Shown here: in pieces, positions 19,905-28,433 of the stretch
How positions within the stretch are numbered: position 1 is the stretch's first letter
How the letters are laid out: the number at the start of each line of letters is the position of its first letter
Source of the DNA: Candidatus Xenobia bacterium
GTDB taxonomy: Bacteria > Vulcanimicrobiota > CADAWZ01
Assembly: GCA_045114665.1 (NCBI GenBank)
Contig: JBGUKW010000318.1
Coordinates: 1,868-65,867, forward strand
DNA length: 64,000 nt
Direction of reading: 5' to 3'
Program-made: the position numbers and the translations under genes
The notes under the pieces: model-generated
Databases searched by the model: none
Seen by the model: only the letters and a program-made list of their open reading frames with translations
Told to the model about the DNA's origin: nothing

Positions 19905-21065
19905 TTACATATACTGTATATTAACCTTTTTAAAATATTTTTTTTCGAGAACTTCTGCAATTTTCTTTACTATATTTTTTCTTATAGCAATTTCAACAGG
20001 TAAAGTAGGATCATAATGAGCTTCATTTAATTTAGCTCCTACCATAAAATATATTTCATCACTATCAAGGAAAAAATTTGATAACCTAACTGCAGCATTA
20101 TTTGAATCAGGTATTTTATTTTCAAGATATTCCAATGTTCGAGTAAGGGTCAAAACGCCCTCTGTAACTAAATCTGCTCCTTCCATTTCGAGACAAGAAG
20201 GTAGAGAATCTATACTTATCAATCTGCCAACTGTAATTTTTGCATTTAATTCTCTTGATAACAAATTCGCTGTTGTTCCTCCACAAACAGCTTTTTTGCC
20301 AACAAAATTCTTAAACATATAAGCAAATTCTCTATCACTTGATTGTCTATAAGGAGGACCAGTAAAAACAAGAGATTTTCTTGGTTCTCTAAAATATAAA
20401 ACACAAGCTGATATATCATCAATAGGCTTTCTATTTGGTTCAACTAATTTTGCCTGCTGTACAATATATTTAGCAAGATTATGGCTTGAAATTTCAGGAT
20501 CATTTGCAAGTTTAATTTTCAAAAAATCAATTAATCCACTTCTTCTAAGACCTAATTTTAAAACACCACCGCCAAGTCCCGCTTGAGTAACTCCGTCTGA
20601 GCAAAAAACGAATCTATCACCTAACTGTGCATTCATTTTATAGACTTTCATATGTCTATTTTTAAAATTTACAGAGTCAATTATAGTAAATTCTGGTTTT
20701 AAAACCTCTGTACCTCTAATCCAAACAAAATCTGGATTTCCTTCTTCAACAACAGAAATTTTGCCATCATCAAAACAGTCAATAGCAGAAAAAGTAGAAT
20801 AACTTATATGTCTCACTTGACAGACAGGAAGAGAATTCATAACAATTTCAGCTGCCTTTTTTATTTTGATATTTTTTTCTATAAATCTCAAAAGCATTGT
20901 TGCTGTCATACAAGACAATATATTTGCTTTTATTCCACTTCCCAAACCATCAGACAAAACTGCTATTAATCTTTTATCTTGCGGATAACGCTTAGATACA
21001 AAATAATCCCCAAAGGCATTTTGTTTATATTTTTTTTCTTGTACACAATCTATATCTATAAACAC
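19905..21065 (-). CDS. PP2C-type (SpoIIE/RsbU-like) serine phosphatase
   Basis: 386 aa. PPM motifs VLSDGLGSG and FVFCSDGV. Confidence 0.7.
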   Translation of the reverse strand: MFIDIDCVQEKKYKQNAFGDYFVSKRYPQDKRLIAVLSDGLGSGIKANILSCMTATMLLRFIEKNIKIKKAAEIVMNSLPVCQVRHISYSTFSAIDCFDDGKISVVEEGNPDFVWIRGTEVLKPEFTIIDSVNFKNRHMKVYKMNAQLGDRFVFCSDGVTQAGLGGGVLKLGLRRSGLIDFLKIKLANDPEISSHNLAKYIVQQAKLVEPNRKPIDDISACVLYFREPRKSLVFTGPPYRQSSDREFAYMFKNFVGKKAVCGGTTANLLSRELNAKITVGRLISIDSLPSCLEMEGADLVTEGVLTLTRTLEYLENKIPDSNNAAVRLSNFFLDSDEIYFMVGAKLNEAHYDPTLPVEIAIRKNIVKKIAEVLEKKYFKKVNIQYM

Positions 21066-21074
21066 TATGCCCTC

Positions 21075-22766
21075 CTATTTATCATAATCATCTGCAATAG
21101 AACTTAATAGAGTCTCTGTTTCAACCATATGTTCACCAAGTAAGCAAGCTATTTCTTGAACAATAGAAATATTTTTTGAAATAACTTCATTTGCTCTTCG
21201 TGCTATTTTTTCTCTATTCATCTGTGTTTTAGTTACATCTGTTATTATAGCACCAGCAACTTTACCAGGTTCAAGTACAAAAGCTATAATATCATATATT
21301 TTATCATCTAAACAATAATGCTCTTTGTGAATTTCATGACCAAGTTTAAAAACTTCCTTAAATATCTCAACAATATCTACAATACGGTCTAAAGAAGCTC
21401 CTGCAATTCCATCTGCTTCAAAAATATCAGCCATATCACCTGTAAAAGCTCTAATAAAAGATGTATTTGCTTCCAATATTCTCAAAAAAGAATCAACAAT
21501 AACAACAGATGAAGGCATACATCTTATCATTATCGAAGCCTTTTGCATTGCCAATTTTCTCATATATGATACACACATAGAAGGCTCTGCAATACCTGCA
21601 ATAAGTGCTAACGCAAGTTCCCTACAAGTGTTATATCCACATCCACCACAATTTAATTCATCTTCTGGATTAGACTTTCCTAATTTCTTCAAAGCCTCAT
21701 TTATTTCTTCTAATGAATACTCTTTTAAATCTTCTTTTTTAGGTGCATAATCCATATGGACTACACTTAAAGGCTCTTTTGGAATAGAATCTCTCAACTT
21801 TGTACGAGTCAAAATATCTGAAATAAGCATTATCTCTGATTTTTCTGTGCTTATACAAGGACCACCTATGCAACCACCTTCACATGCAAGAACTTCTGCA
21901 AATGTAACTTTAGTGCAATCATTTGGCTTAAATCCATCAAGTGCCTTTTTAAAAGACTTTAAAGAGGCAAATTCTGTCAATATACAATTTTTAACACCTA
22001 TCTGTTTTAATGTACGATTCATTCCACCATCAATAGGATAGAAATTTCCCTCATTTGCATTATGTGGCAAAAATTTTATCTCTTCTAAATTTATTTCTTT
22101 ATGTATATTAATAAAAGATTTCTCAAACATTAATTTTAATTCTTCAAAAGTTAAGGAAACATCTATTAAATTTTTATTGGTATCTGATTCATTTTTCTTT
22201 CCTATGCATGGACCAATGAAAATAACAGAAATATCTTCGCCATACATTTCTTTTAACATTTTAGCATGTGTCAATGCAGGAGAAGCTATTGGAACTATAT
22301 TTTTAACAAATTCAGGGCGGTATTTTCTTATATATTCTACAACTACTGGACAAGCACTCGATATAAAAAATCCATTTTCAGCTTTGTTCAATATTTCAGC
22401 TGTTTTAATAGATACTTCTTGAGCTCCTAAAGCCGTTTCACTAACTCCAGTAAAACCAAGTTTTTTAAGAGATGAAATAATTTCAGTTTCTGTACAATCA
22501 AAAGCTCCTCTCCAACTTGGTGCCAATGAAGCATAAACTTTTTTACTGGATTCCAAAAGTTCTGTCGCTATTCCGACATCTGATCTTACTCTTTTGGCAT
22601 TACAAGGACATACAATAACACAATTACCACAAGAAATACATTTATCTTGCATAACAAAAGCATGACCTTTTTCAACTTTTATGGCTTTTACTGGACATTC
22701 TCTAATACATTTATAACAATCTTGACACTCATTTGTCAATGTATATACAGGTTGAGAAATAGGCAT
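21075..22766 (-). CDS. Sensory-type [FeFe]-hydrogenase (HydS/HfsB-like): 2x[4Fe-4S] ferredoxin domain, modified H-cluster domain, C-terminal Cys-rich plus PAS domain
   Basis: 563 aa. CxxCxxCxxxCP x2. L1 ISSACPVV, where the proton-transfer Cys position is Ala. L2 GPCIGKK. L3 EVLACEGGCIGGP. CGGCGYNTC followed by a PAS-like C-terminus. Confidence 0.75.
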   Translation of the reverse strand: MPISQPVYTLTNECQDCYKCIRECPVKAIKVEKGHAFVMQDKCISCGNCVIVCPCNAKRVRSDVGIATELLESSKKVYASLAPSWRGAFDCTETEIISSLKKLGFTGVSETALGAQEVSIKTAEILNKAENGFFISSACPVVVEYIRKYRPEFVKNIVPIASPALTHAKMLKEMYGEDISVIFIGPCIGKKNESDTNKNLIDVSLTFEELKLMFEKSFINIHKEINLEEIKFLPHNANEGNFYPIDGGMNRTLKQIGVKNCILTEFASLKSFKKALDGFKPNDCTKVTFAEVLACEGGCIGGPCISTEKSEIMLISDILTRTKLRDSIPKEPLSVVHMDYAPKKEDLKEYSLEEINEALKKLGKSNPEDELNCGGCGYNTCRELALALIAGIAEPSMCVSYMRKLAMQKASIMIRCMPSSVVIVDSFLRILEANTSFIRAFTGDMADIFEADGIAGASLDRIVDIVEIFKEVFKLGHEIHKEHYCLDDKIYDIIAFVLEPGKVAGAIITDVTKTQMNREKIARRANEVISKNISIVQEIACLLGEHMVETETLLSSIADDYDK

Positions 22767-22781
22767 TTATTAGAACCTCTT

Positions 22782-23030
22782 TTAATTATTTTTTAAATGT
22801 TCAGATATTAATTGTTTTATTTTTTCAAAATCAATATTATCATGTTTTTTTTCATTTATAAAAACATGGGGACCATCAGAACATTGATTTGAACAACGAA
22901 CTCCAGCAAGTTCTATTTTATCTTGCAAACCATTTTCTTCTATATATTTTTCAATAAGTTCAAGATTATCATTATTTCCTCTTGCAAAACAAGAACTCCC
23001 CATACATATTGTCAAATTTATTTTATCCAT
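22782..23030 (-). CDS. Thioredoxin-like [2Fe-2S] ferredoxin
   Basis: 82 aa. Cx4C (CMGSSC) and Cx3C (CSNQC). Confidence 0.6.
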   Translation of the reverse strand: MDKINLTICMGSSCFARGNNDNLELIEKYIEENGLQDKIELAGVRCSNQCSDGPHVFINEKKHDNIDFEKIKQLISEHLKNN

Positions 23031-23095
23031 AATAAAATCTTTCTTTTACTTAAAATTTTTTATATAAAATGTGATTTTTTTCTCAATTTCTTTAC

Positions 23096-23123
23096 ATTAT
23101 AACATATAAATTTATAAAGTCAA
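23096..23123 (-). promoter_or_regulatory. Candidate sigma70-type promoter for the ferredoxin-hydS-PP2C-hydA-adhE operon
   Basis: On the minus strand, TTGACT - 16 nt - TATAAT, about 60 nt upstream of the first ferredoxin start. Confidence 0.4.
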
Positions 23124-23140
23124 TATTTTTCAAAAAAAAT

Positions 23141-23175
23141 AAACTCTCTATTTAAATAGAGAGTTTATTTTTTTT
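23141..23175. terminator. Bidirectional rho-independent terminator (downstream of lepB; insulates the hydrogenase operon)
   Basis: Perfect hairpin AAACTCTCTA-TTTAAA-TAGAGAGTTT flanked by an A-run and a T-run. Confidence 0.7.
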
Positions 23176-23179
23176 GAAA

Positions 23180-23785
23180 TTATAAAACTTTACATCTATT
23201 GAATGGGAAAATTATTATAACAGCTTTGCCTACTAAATTCTTTCTGGGTAGAAATCCCCAAACATGACTGTCTGCACTGTTATTTCTATTATCTCCCATC
23301 ACAAAATAAGAATCTTTCGGAACAGTTTGTCTATCCATATCATAAAGTATAGGTTCTAAAATATATGGTTCATCTTGAGCCACGTCATTTACGAATAGAA
23401 CTCCACTTTTTATTTCAACAGTATCGCCTCCGACTGCTACAATCCTTTTTATAAAATCTTTGCCTTCTGCCTGTGCTTCCGCTGGTGGGTGAAAAACCAC
23501 AATATCATGGCGTGCTGGATTATAAAAAGAATAAACAAATTTATTTACTATTATAAAATCATTTATTTTTAAAGTCGGAACCATTGAAGAAGATGGAATA
23601 TAGAAAGTCCTAATTACAAAAGTTATAATTATTAAAGCTGTAACTCCAGCAAGAATAACTGAATCAATATTTTCTATTATAGATTTCTTTTTTTCTTCTT
23701 CTATCTTTAGATGTTTGTTAAAACGAAAAACAAGACTAACTATTCCCAAGATAATTACCGCTATAACTAAATATATTGGATTCAT
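23180..23785 (-). CDS. lepB: Signal peptidase I
   Basis: 201 aa. N-terminal TM. S-box SSSMVPTL, KR box, GDNRNNSADSH. Confidence 0.9.
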   Translation of the reverse strand: MNPIYLVIAVIILGIVSLVFRFNKHLKIEEEKKKSIIENIDSVILAGVTALIIITFVIRTFYIPSSSMVPTLKINDFIIVNKFVYSFYNPARHDIVVFHPPAEAQAEGKDFIKRIVAVGGDTVEIKSGVLFVNDVAQDEPYILEPILYDMDRQTVPKDSYFVMGDNRNNSADSHVWGFLPRKNLVGKAVIIIFPFNRCKVL

Positions 23786-23802
23786 GGTTTATCGATCTTA
23801 TT

Positions 23803-24153
23803 TTATTTTGTTACTTTTCTCTCTTTTACACGAGCATTTTTACCAACTTTATCTCTGAGGTAATAGAGTTTGGCTTTTCTTACATCACCATATCTTGTTA
23901 CTGTAAGAGAATGGAGCATTGGAGAATGATATAAAAATGTTTTTTCTACGCCAACGCCATGAGAGATTTTTCTGAGAACAAAAGATTCTCTTAAACCTGT
24001 ATTTTGTCTTGCAATACAGATTCCCTCAAATGCTTGATATCTCTCTTTTCCACCTTCTACAACTTTGAGTTGTACTTTTACTGTATCTCCAGGTCTAAAA
24101 TCCTGAAATTGATTTTTCATTTGTTCTTTTGCAAGTTCATCTATAATAGTCAT
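23803..24153 (-). CDS. rplS: 50S ribosomal protein L19
   Basis: 116 aa, typical L19 sequence. Confidence 0.95.
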   Translation of the reverse strand: MTIIDELAKEQMKNQFQDFRPGDTVKVQLKVVEGGKERYQAFEGICIARQNTGLRESFVLRKISHGVGVEKTFLYHSPMLHSLTVTRYGDVRKAKLYYLRDKVGKNARVKERKVTK

Positions 24154-24266
24154 TGTTTTTCTCCCTTGATGTGTTTCTTTTTTTTATTTGCTGTTTACGA
24201 AAATTTTATGGCAATTTTTATTTTTTCTATTTTTGAAAATTAATACCGTTTTCTTCTCTTTATTTT

Positions 24267-24950
24267 TTATTCTTTTTTATATTTTATGAGAAGTTCAGGG
24301 CGTTTTTTCAAAGTATTTGTCGTTTTTTGAAGTTCTCGCCATTGTTTTATTTTCTCATGATTTCCTGAAAGGAGGACTTCAGGAACTTTTAGTCCCATAA
24401 ATTCAACAGGTCTTGTATATTGAGGATAATCCAATCTGTTGTCGGTAAATGATTCCTCTAAGGCTGATTGAGAATCTATGACTTTTGGAATAAGTCTTAT
24501 CGTTGAATCTGCAATAACCATTGCTGGGATTTCTCCACCAGTTAATATATAATCTCCTATGGAAATCTCTCCATCACATGCCAGCTCAATAAAACGCTCA
24601 TCCACTCCTTCATAATGTGCACATACAAGAATCATTCCCTCTAATTTGGAAAATTCTCTACACATTTCTTGTGTCAAAACTTTTCCTTGGGGAGATGTCA
24701 AATATACAGGAGCATTGGGATTTTGCTTTTTTATTGATTCAACAGCTTTATACAATATTGGAGCAGTCATGACCATTCCAGAACCTCCACCATAAGGAGA
24801 ATCGTCAACACTTTTATGTCTATCTGTAGCAAATTCTCTTAAATTATGTATGTGAAGTTCTACTAATTTAGCTTTAACAGCTCTGTCAATAATACTGTAT
24901 GAAAGAGGTGCAAACATCTCTGGAAACACAGTCAATATGTCAATTCTCAA
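24267..24950 (-). CDS. trmD: tRNA (guanine37-N1)-methyltransferase
   Basis: 227 aa. Typical TrmD N-terminus (MRIDILTVFPEMF..) and SPOUT knot. Confidence 0.95.
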   Translation of the reverse strand: MRIDILTVFPEMFAPLSYSIIDRAVKAKLVELHIHNLREFATDRHKSVDDSPYGGGSGMVMTAPILYKAVESIKKQNPNAPVYLTSPQGKVLTQEMCREFSKLEGMILVCAHYEGVDERFIELACDGEISIGDYILTGGEIPAMVIADSTIRLIPKVIDSQSALEESFTDNRLDYPQYTRPVEFMGLKVPEVLLSGNHEKIKQWRELQKTTNTLKKRPELLIKYKKE

Positions 24951-25452
24951 AATTTAATTTCTCCGTGTCTATATGCATTATTTTTTTTGACACGTCTATG
25001 TCTTTTATAAATATTTTTAAAGCAGGAACAAGTAATTCACCATTTGCAGTTTCAACTGAATAAATGTCATTTGCAGGATTTTCAAGAACTTCTTTAAGAA
25101 TCCCAATTTTGTTATCATTTAAATCAAATACTTCCATTCCCTCTAAATCGAAAATGTAATATTGGTCTTTTTCCAACTCTTTTGGTTCTTCTGTATAAAA
25201 AGCATATCCTTTTAAAAGTTCTGCTTCATTTCTGTCATTTATTTCTTTAAATTTTAGGATCAATTTTCCATTGTGAGAACGATTTCTTTCTATAGTTAGA
25301 TGTTTTTCACCAACTACACCTTCTTTTGCTCCTACAAGTTTATTGCCTTCATCAAATCTTTCAGGAAAATCTGTCAATACTTTGACAAAAACTTCTCCTT
25401 TTATTCCACGAGCACTAGTAACTGCTCCTATTTGAATCCTTTTTCCTGCCAT
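24940..25452 (-). CDS. rimM: 16S rRNA processing protein RimM
   Basis: 170 aa. GxxxGxKGEV motif (ARGIKGEVFV) and PRC barrel. Overlaps the trmD start. Confidence 0.9.
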   Translation of the reverse strand: MAGKRIQIGAVTSARGIKGEVFVKVLTDFPERFDEGNKLVGAKEGVVGEKHLTIERNRSHNGKLILKFKEINDRNEAELLKGYAFYTEEPKELEKDQYYIFDLEGMEVFDLNDNKIGILKEVLENPANDIYSVETANGELLVPALKIFIKDIDVSKKIMHIDTEKLNFEN

Positions 25453-25459
25453 AAAATTT

Positions 25460-25867
25460 TTATAAGCCTCTCAGTTCCATTACCTTCCAGTCTTTGACAA
25501 CAATTTCAGCACCATGTAATATTTTCTGAATATCATCGCCTTCTTTTACATCTACTGGACCTTCAAGAATTCTGAAAACTATTTCTTGACCTTCTGGGAC
25601 ATTTTTAAAAGCATTCATTTTTACTTCCATATCTTTTTTGATTTCTGCAAGTCTTACTTTTTCGAATTCAAGTTGTTTTTTTATGTTGGTAAGATCTTCT
25701 ACAGAAGCACCACTTTTTTTAGTTTTTTCATACATGCTTTCTGCTTGGGCAAACATTTCTTCATTCTTTTTTAATGAATCTGAAGTTTCATCGAGAATTT
25801 GTTTGCGAAAATCTTCAGTCATTATAACTTTTATAGCAACGGGTCTCTTTACTTGTATAGAACTCAT
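25460..25867 (-). CDS. YlqD-family small protein (conserved between the KH protein and rimM)
   Basis: 135 aa. Position within the rpsP-KH-ylqD-rimM-trmD-rplS synteny; coiled-coil-rich. Confidence 0.45.
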   Translation of the reverse strand: MSSIQVKRPVAIKVIMTEDFRKQILDETSDSLKKNEEMFAQAESMYEKTKKSGASVEDLTNIKKQLEFEKVRLAEIKKDMEVKMNAFKNVPEGQEIVFRILEGPVDVKEGDDIQKILHGAEIVVKDWKVMELRGL

Positions 25868-25882
25868 AATTTCCTCCTGATT

Positions 25883-26110
25883 TTATATGATTTCAACAAC
25901 GACTCTTTTGCCTTCTTTGACGGCAGCCGCTCTAATGACTGTTCTTATTGCTTGTGCAATTCGTCCTTGTTTGCCTATAATCTTTCCCATATCTTCGGGA
26001 GATACTCTGAGTTCAAGAACAACAGTTTTTTCGGCTTCTAATAGCTTTACTTGTACTTCATCTGGATTGTCAACGAGAGATTTTGCAAGGTATTCCAAAA
26101 GCTCCTTCAT
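25883..26110 (-). CDS. KH-domain RNA-binding protein (YlqC/UPF0109 family)
   Basis: KH GxxG motif ([13 protein letters not shown]). Start set to MKELLEY at 26110, which has a GGAGG SD 7 nt upstream (ORF track extends to 26167). Confidence 0.8.
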   Translation of the reverse strand: MKELLEYLAKSLVDNPDEVQVKLLEAEKTVVLELRVSPEDMGKIIGKQGRIAQAIRTVIRAAAVKEGKRVVVEII

Positions 26111-26226
26111 AATTTTGCCTCCAATTATTTTTTTATGCTGTCCCAATGTGTAATATGACTCTTCCAAAACTAAGTAATGGAATTTTGCGAATATTCGCTA
26201 AGGGTTTGTCAATATCCCTTTAAGAA

Positions 26227-26547
26227 TTAGTTTTCTTTTTTGTCTTTCTTTTTGCTTGCTGTTTTGACAGTAGGTGTTTCAGGTTTGAAGATACCGAGTT
26301 TGACAAGTATACGTCTTACTGAATCTGTTGGTTGAGCACCTTTTGAAAGCCATTCGTTAAGTCTGTCTTGTTTTACAAACATTTTATTTTCAATGTCTTT
26401 ACCTTCGGCATCTCTTTTGTTTCTCGGATTGTAGGTTCCGATATTTTCAATTATTTTGCCGTTTCTTGGACATCTTGCATCTGCTACGACGATACGATAG
26501 CTTGGTTGTTTCTTCTTTCCCATTCTTGTTAATCTAATTTTAACCAT
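26227..26547 (-). CDS. rpsP: 30S ribosomal protein S16
   Basis: [23 protein letters not shown], typical S16. Confidence 0.95.
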   Translation of the reverse strand: MVKIRLTRMGKKKQPSYRIVVADARCPRNGKIIENIGTYNPRNKRDAEGKDIENKMFVKQDRLNEWLSKGAQPTDSVRRILVKLGIFKPETPTVKTASKKKDKKEN

Positions 26548-26591
26548 TATTTTTCTCCTTATAAAATACTATTGGTTTTATTTTTTGTTAT

Positions 26592-27923
26592 TTAGAAAGG
26601 AAGCCTAAAAGGCAAACCCATTTTACTCATTTTTTCCATATCAGCAAATTGTTTAAACATTTTTTTACTTGCTGTATATTGTTTTACTAATTTATTTACA
26701 TCTGAAACTTCTGTTCCAGAACCACTTGCGATCCTCTTTTTTCTACTTGCATTTAATATAGAAGGATTTAATCTTTCCTCCATAGTCATGGAACGAATTA
26801 TTGCCTCAACTTGATTTACCTGTTTATCCCCGATAGGTATATCTTTTGTGATTTGTGCAAATCCTGGAATCATTTCAAGAAGACTTTTTATCGGTCCCAT
26901 TTTCTTGATTCTTTGAAGTTGATCTAAAAAATCTTGTAGGGAAAATTCTTTATTTCTAAATTTCTTCTCAAGTTCAAGAGCTTCTGCTTCTGAAAATTCT
27001 CTTTCTGCACGGTCGATAAGAGTTAAAATATCGCCCATTCCGAGAATTCTTGAAGCAATTCTGTCTGGATGGAAAGGTTCAAGAGCATCAAGCTTTTCAC
27101 CCATTCCAACAAATTTAATCGGTTTTCCTGTAACTTCTTTTATTGAAAGAGCAGCTCCGCCTCTTTCATCACCATCTAACTTTGTTAGTATTACACCTGT
27201 TATGTCAAGTCTTTCATTAAATACTTGTGCAATATTTACGGCATCTTGTCCTGTCATTGCATCTACTGTCAAAAGTATCTCATGTGGCTGTATCTCATTT
27301 TTGATTTCTTCGAGTTCAGCCATGAGTGTCTCATCTATCTGCATTCTTCCTGCAGTATCTATTATAACTACATCACAACCAGATGATAAGGCATGGGAAA
27401 TTGCACCTTTACATATCTGAACAGGTTTTTGTTTATCCCCGAGAGTAAATGTGGGTACATTTAAGCCATTTGCCAATACTTCAAGTTGTTTTATAGCTGC
27501 AGGTCTATAAACATCAGCAGCAACAAGTAGAGGAGAATGCCCATTGTTTTTTAAATATTTTGCAAGTTTTCCTGAAGATGTCGTTTTTCCTGCTCCATTC
27601 AATCCGACCATAACTATTACTGTAGGAGGAGTAGGTGATAAAATAAGTTCTGAATTTTCATTGCCCATCAACTCAAGAAGTTCATCTTTGACAAACTTTA
27701 TTACAAGCTGACCTGGCGAAAGACTTTCCCAAATTTCAGAACCAACAGCCTTTTCTTTAACTTTTGAAATAAAAGTTCTGACAACTTTTAAATTGACATC
27801 TGCCTCTAATAGGGCAATTCTAACTTCCCTTAATGCTGTATCAACATCTTGCTGAGTTAATTTACCTTTGCCACGAAGTTTTTTGAATATTGAACTTAAT
27901 TTTTCTTGTAGTGATTCAAACAT
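26592..27923 (-). CDS. ffh: Signal recognition particle protein Ffh
   Basis: 443 aa. NG domain GLNGAGKTT and DTAGR. Met-rich M domain. Confidence 0.95.
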   Translation of the reverse strand: MFESLQEKLSSIFKKLRGKGKLTQQDVDTALREVRIALLEADVNLKVVRTFISKVKEKAVGSEIWESLSPGQLVIKFVKDELLELMGNENSELILSPTPPTVIVMVGLNGAGKTTSSGKLAKYLKNNGHSPLLVAADVYRPAAIKQLEVLANGLNVPTFTLGDKQKPVQICKGAISHALSSGCDVVIIDTAGRMQIDETLMAELEEIKNEIQPHEILLTVDAMTGQDAVNIAQVFNERLDITGVILTKLDGDERGGAALSIKEVTGKPIKFVGMGEKLDALEPFHPDRIASRILGMGDILTLIDRAEREFSEAEALELEKKFRNKEFSLQDFLDQLQRIKKMGPIKSLLEMIPGFAQITKDIPIGDKQVNQVEAIIRSMTMEERLNPSILNASRKKRIASGSGTEVSDVNKLVKQYTASKKMFKQFADMEKMSKMGLPFRLPF

Positions 27924-28374
27924 TTAACTGAGTTTATTAATCCAAAAGTTTTTAATTCGAATTATTAATAAGCGAATTTGTATTTAGTCTGACTACTCCT
28001 ACAGACAAACCTGTAGGGTTCTGACTGCCAAGTTTAGCTTGTAATCATACATCATTTTCAGACTTAGATATACAAGTGTAAATCTGTTTGAGTCAGGACT
28101 TTTATTACCAAGCAATCCAACGACCACATTAGCGGTAAATTTCTGCTTTTTAGCAAGGAAGGATAGTCAAGCTCCCTGATATTTTGTTGTTAAGCTAGTT
28201 TTAATTTCGCTGTTTAATACTTTAATTTTATTAGACTTAATCCATATTATATATTTAATTTATGTAATTGTCAAGTAAAAGAAAAGCAACTTTCATCTTA
28301 CAGGCAAGTCTGCGGTTTTTCTGCCACAAACCTATAACATATATCTTCAACTTAATCAAGATATAAACATAAGA

Positions 28375-28405
28375 AATCCTTCACCAAATTTTGATGAAGG
28401 ATTTC
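28375..28405 (-). terminator. Rho-independent terminator downstream of the Gly/Met-rich protein gene
   Basis: Perfect 10-bp stem AAATCCTTCA / TGAAGGATTT with a 9-nt loop, followed on the minus strand by a T-rich tract. Confidence 0.55.
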
Positions 28406-28433
28406 CATTATCTATTCATTTTTAATATCTAAC

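Noticed and set aside
27950-28370. Tested the ffh-upstream block for SRP RNA, RNase P RNA, tmRNA or 6S RNA
   Set aside because: No GGAAGCAGC-type SRP domain IV motif, no RNase P P4 motifs, no tmRNA tRNA-like ends. Only AAGGAAGGA and a TTCGAAT word were found, without flanking stems. It is kept only as an unclassified structured-region finding.
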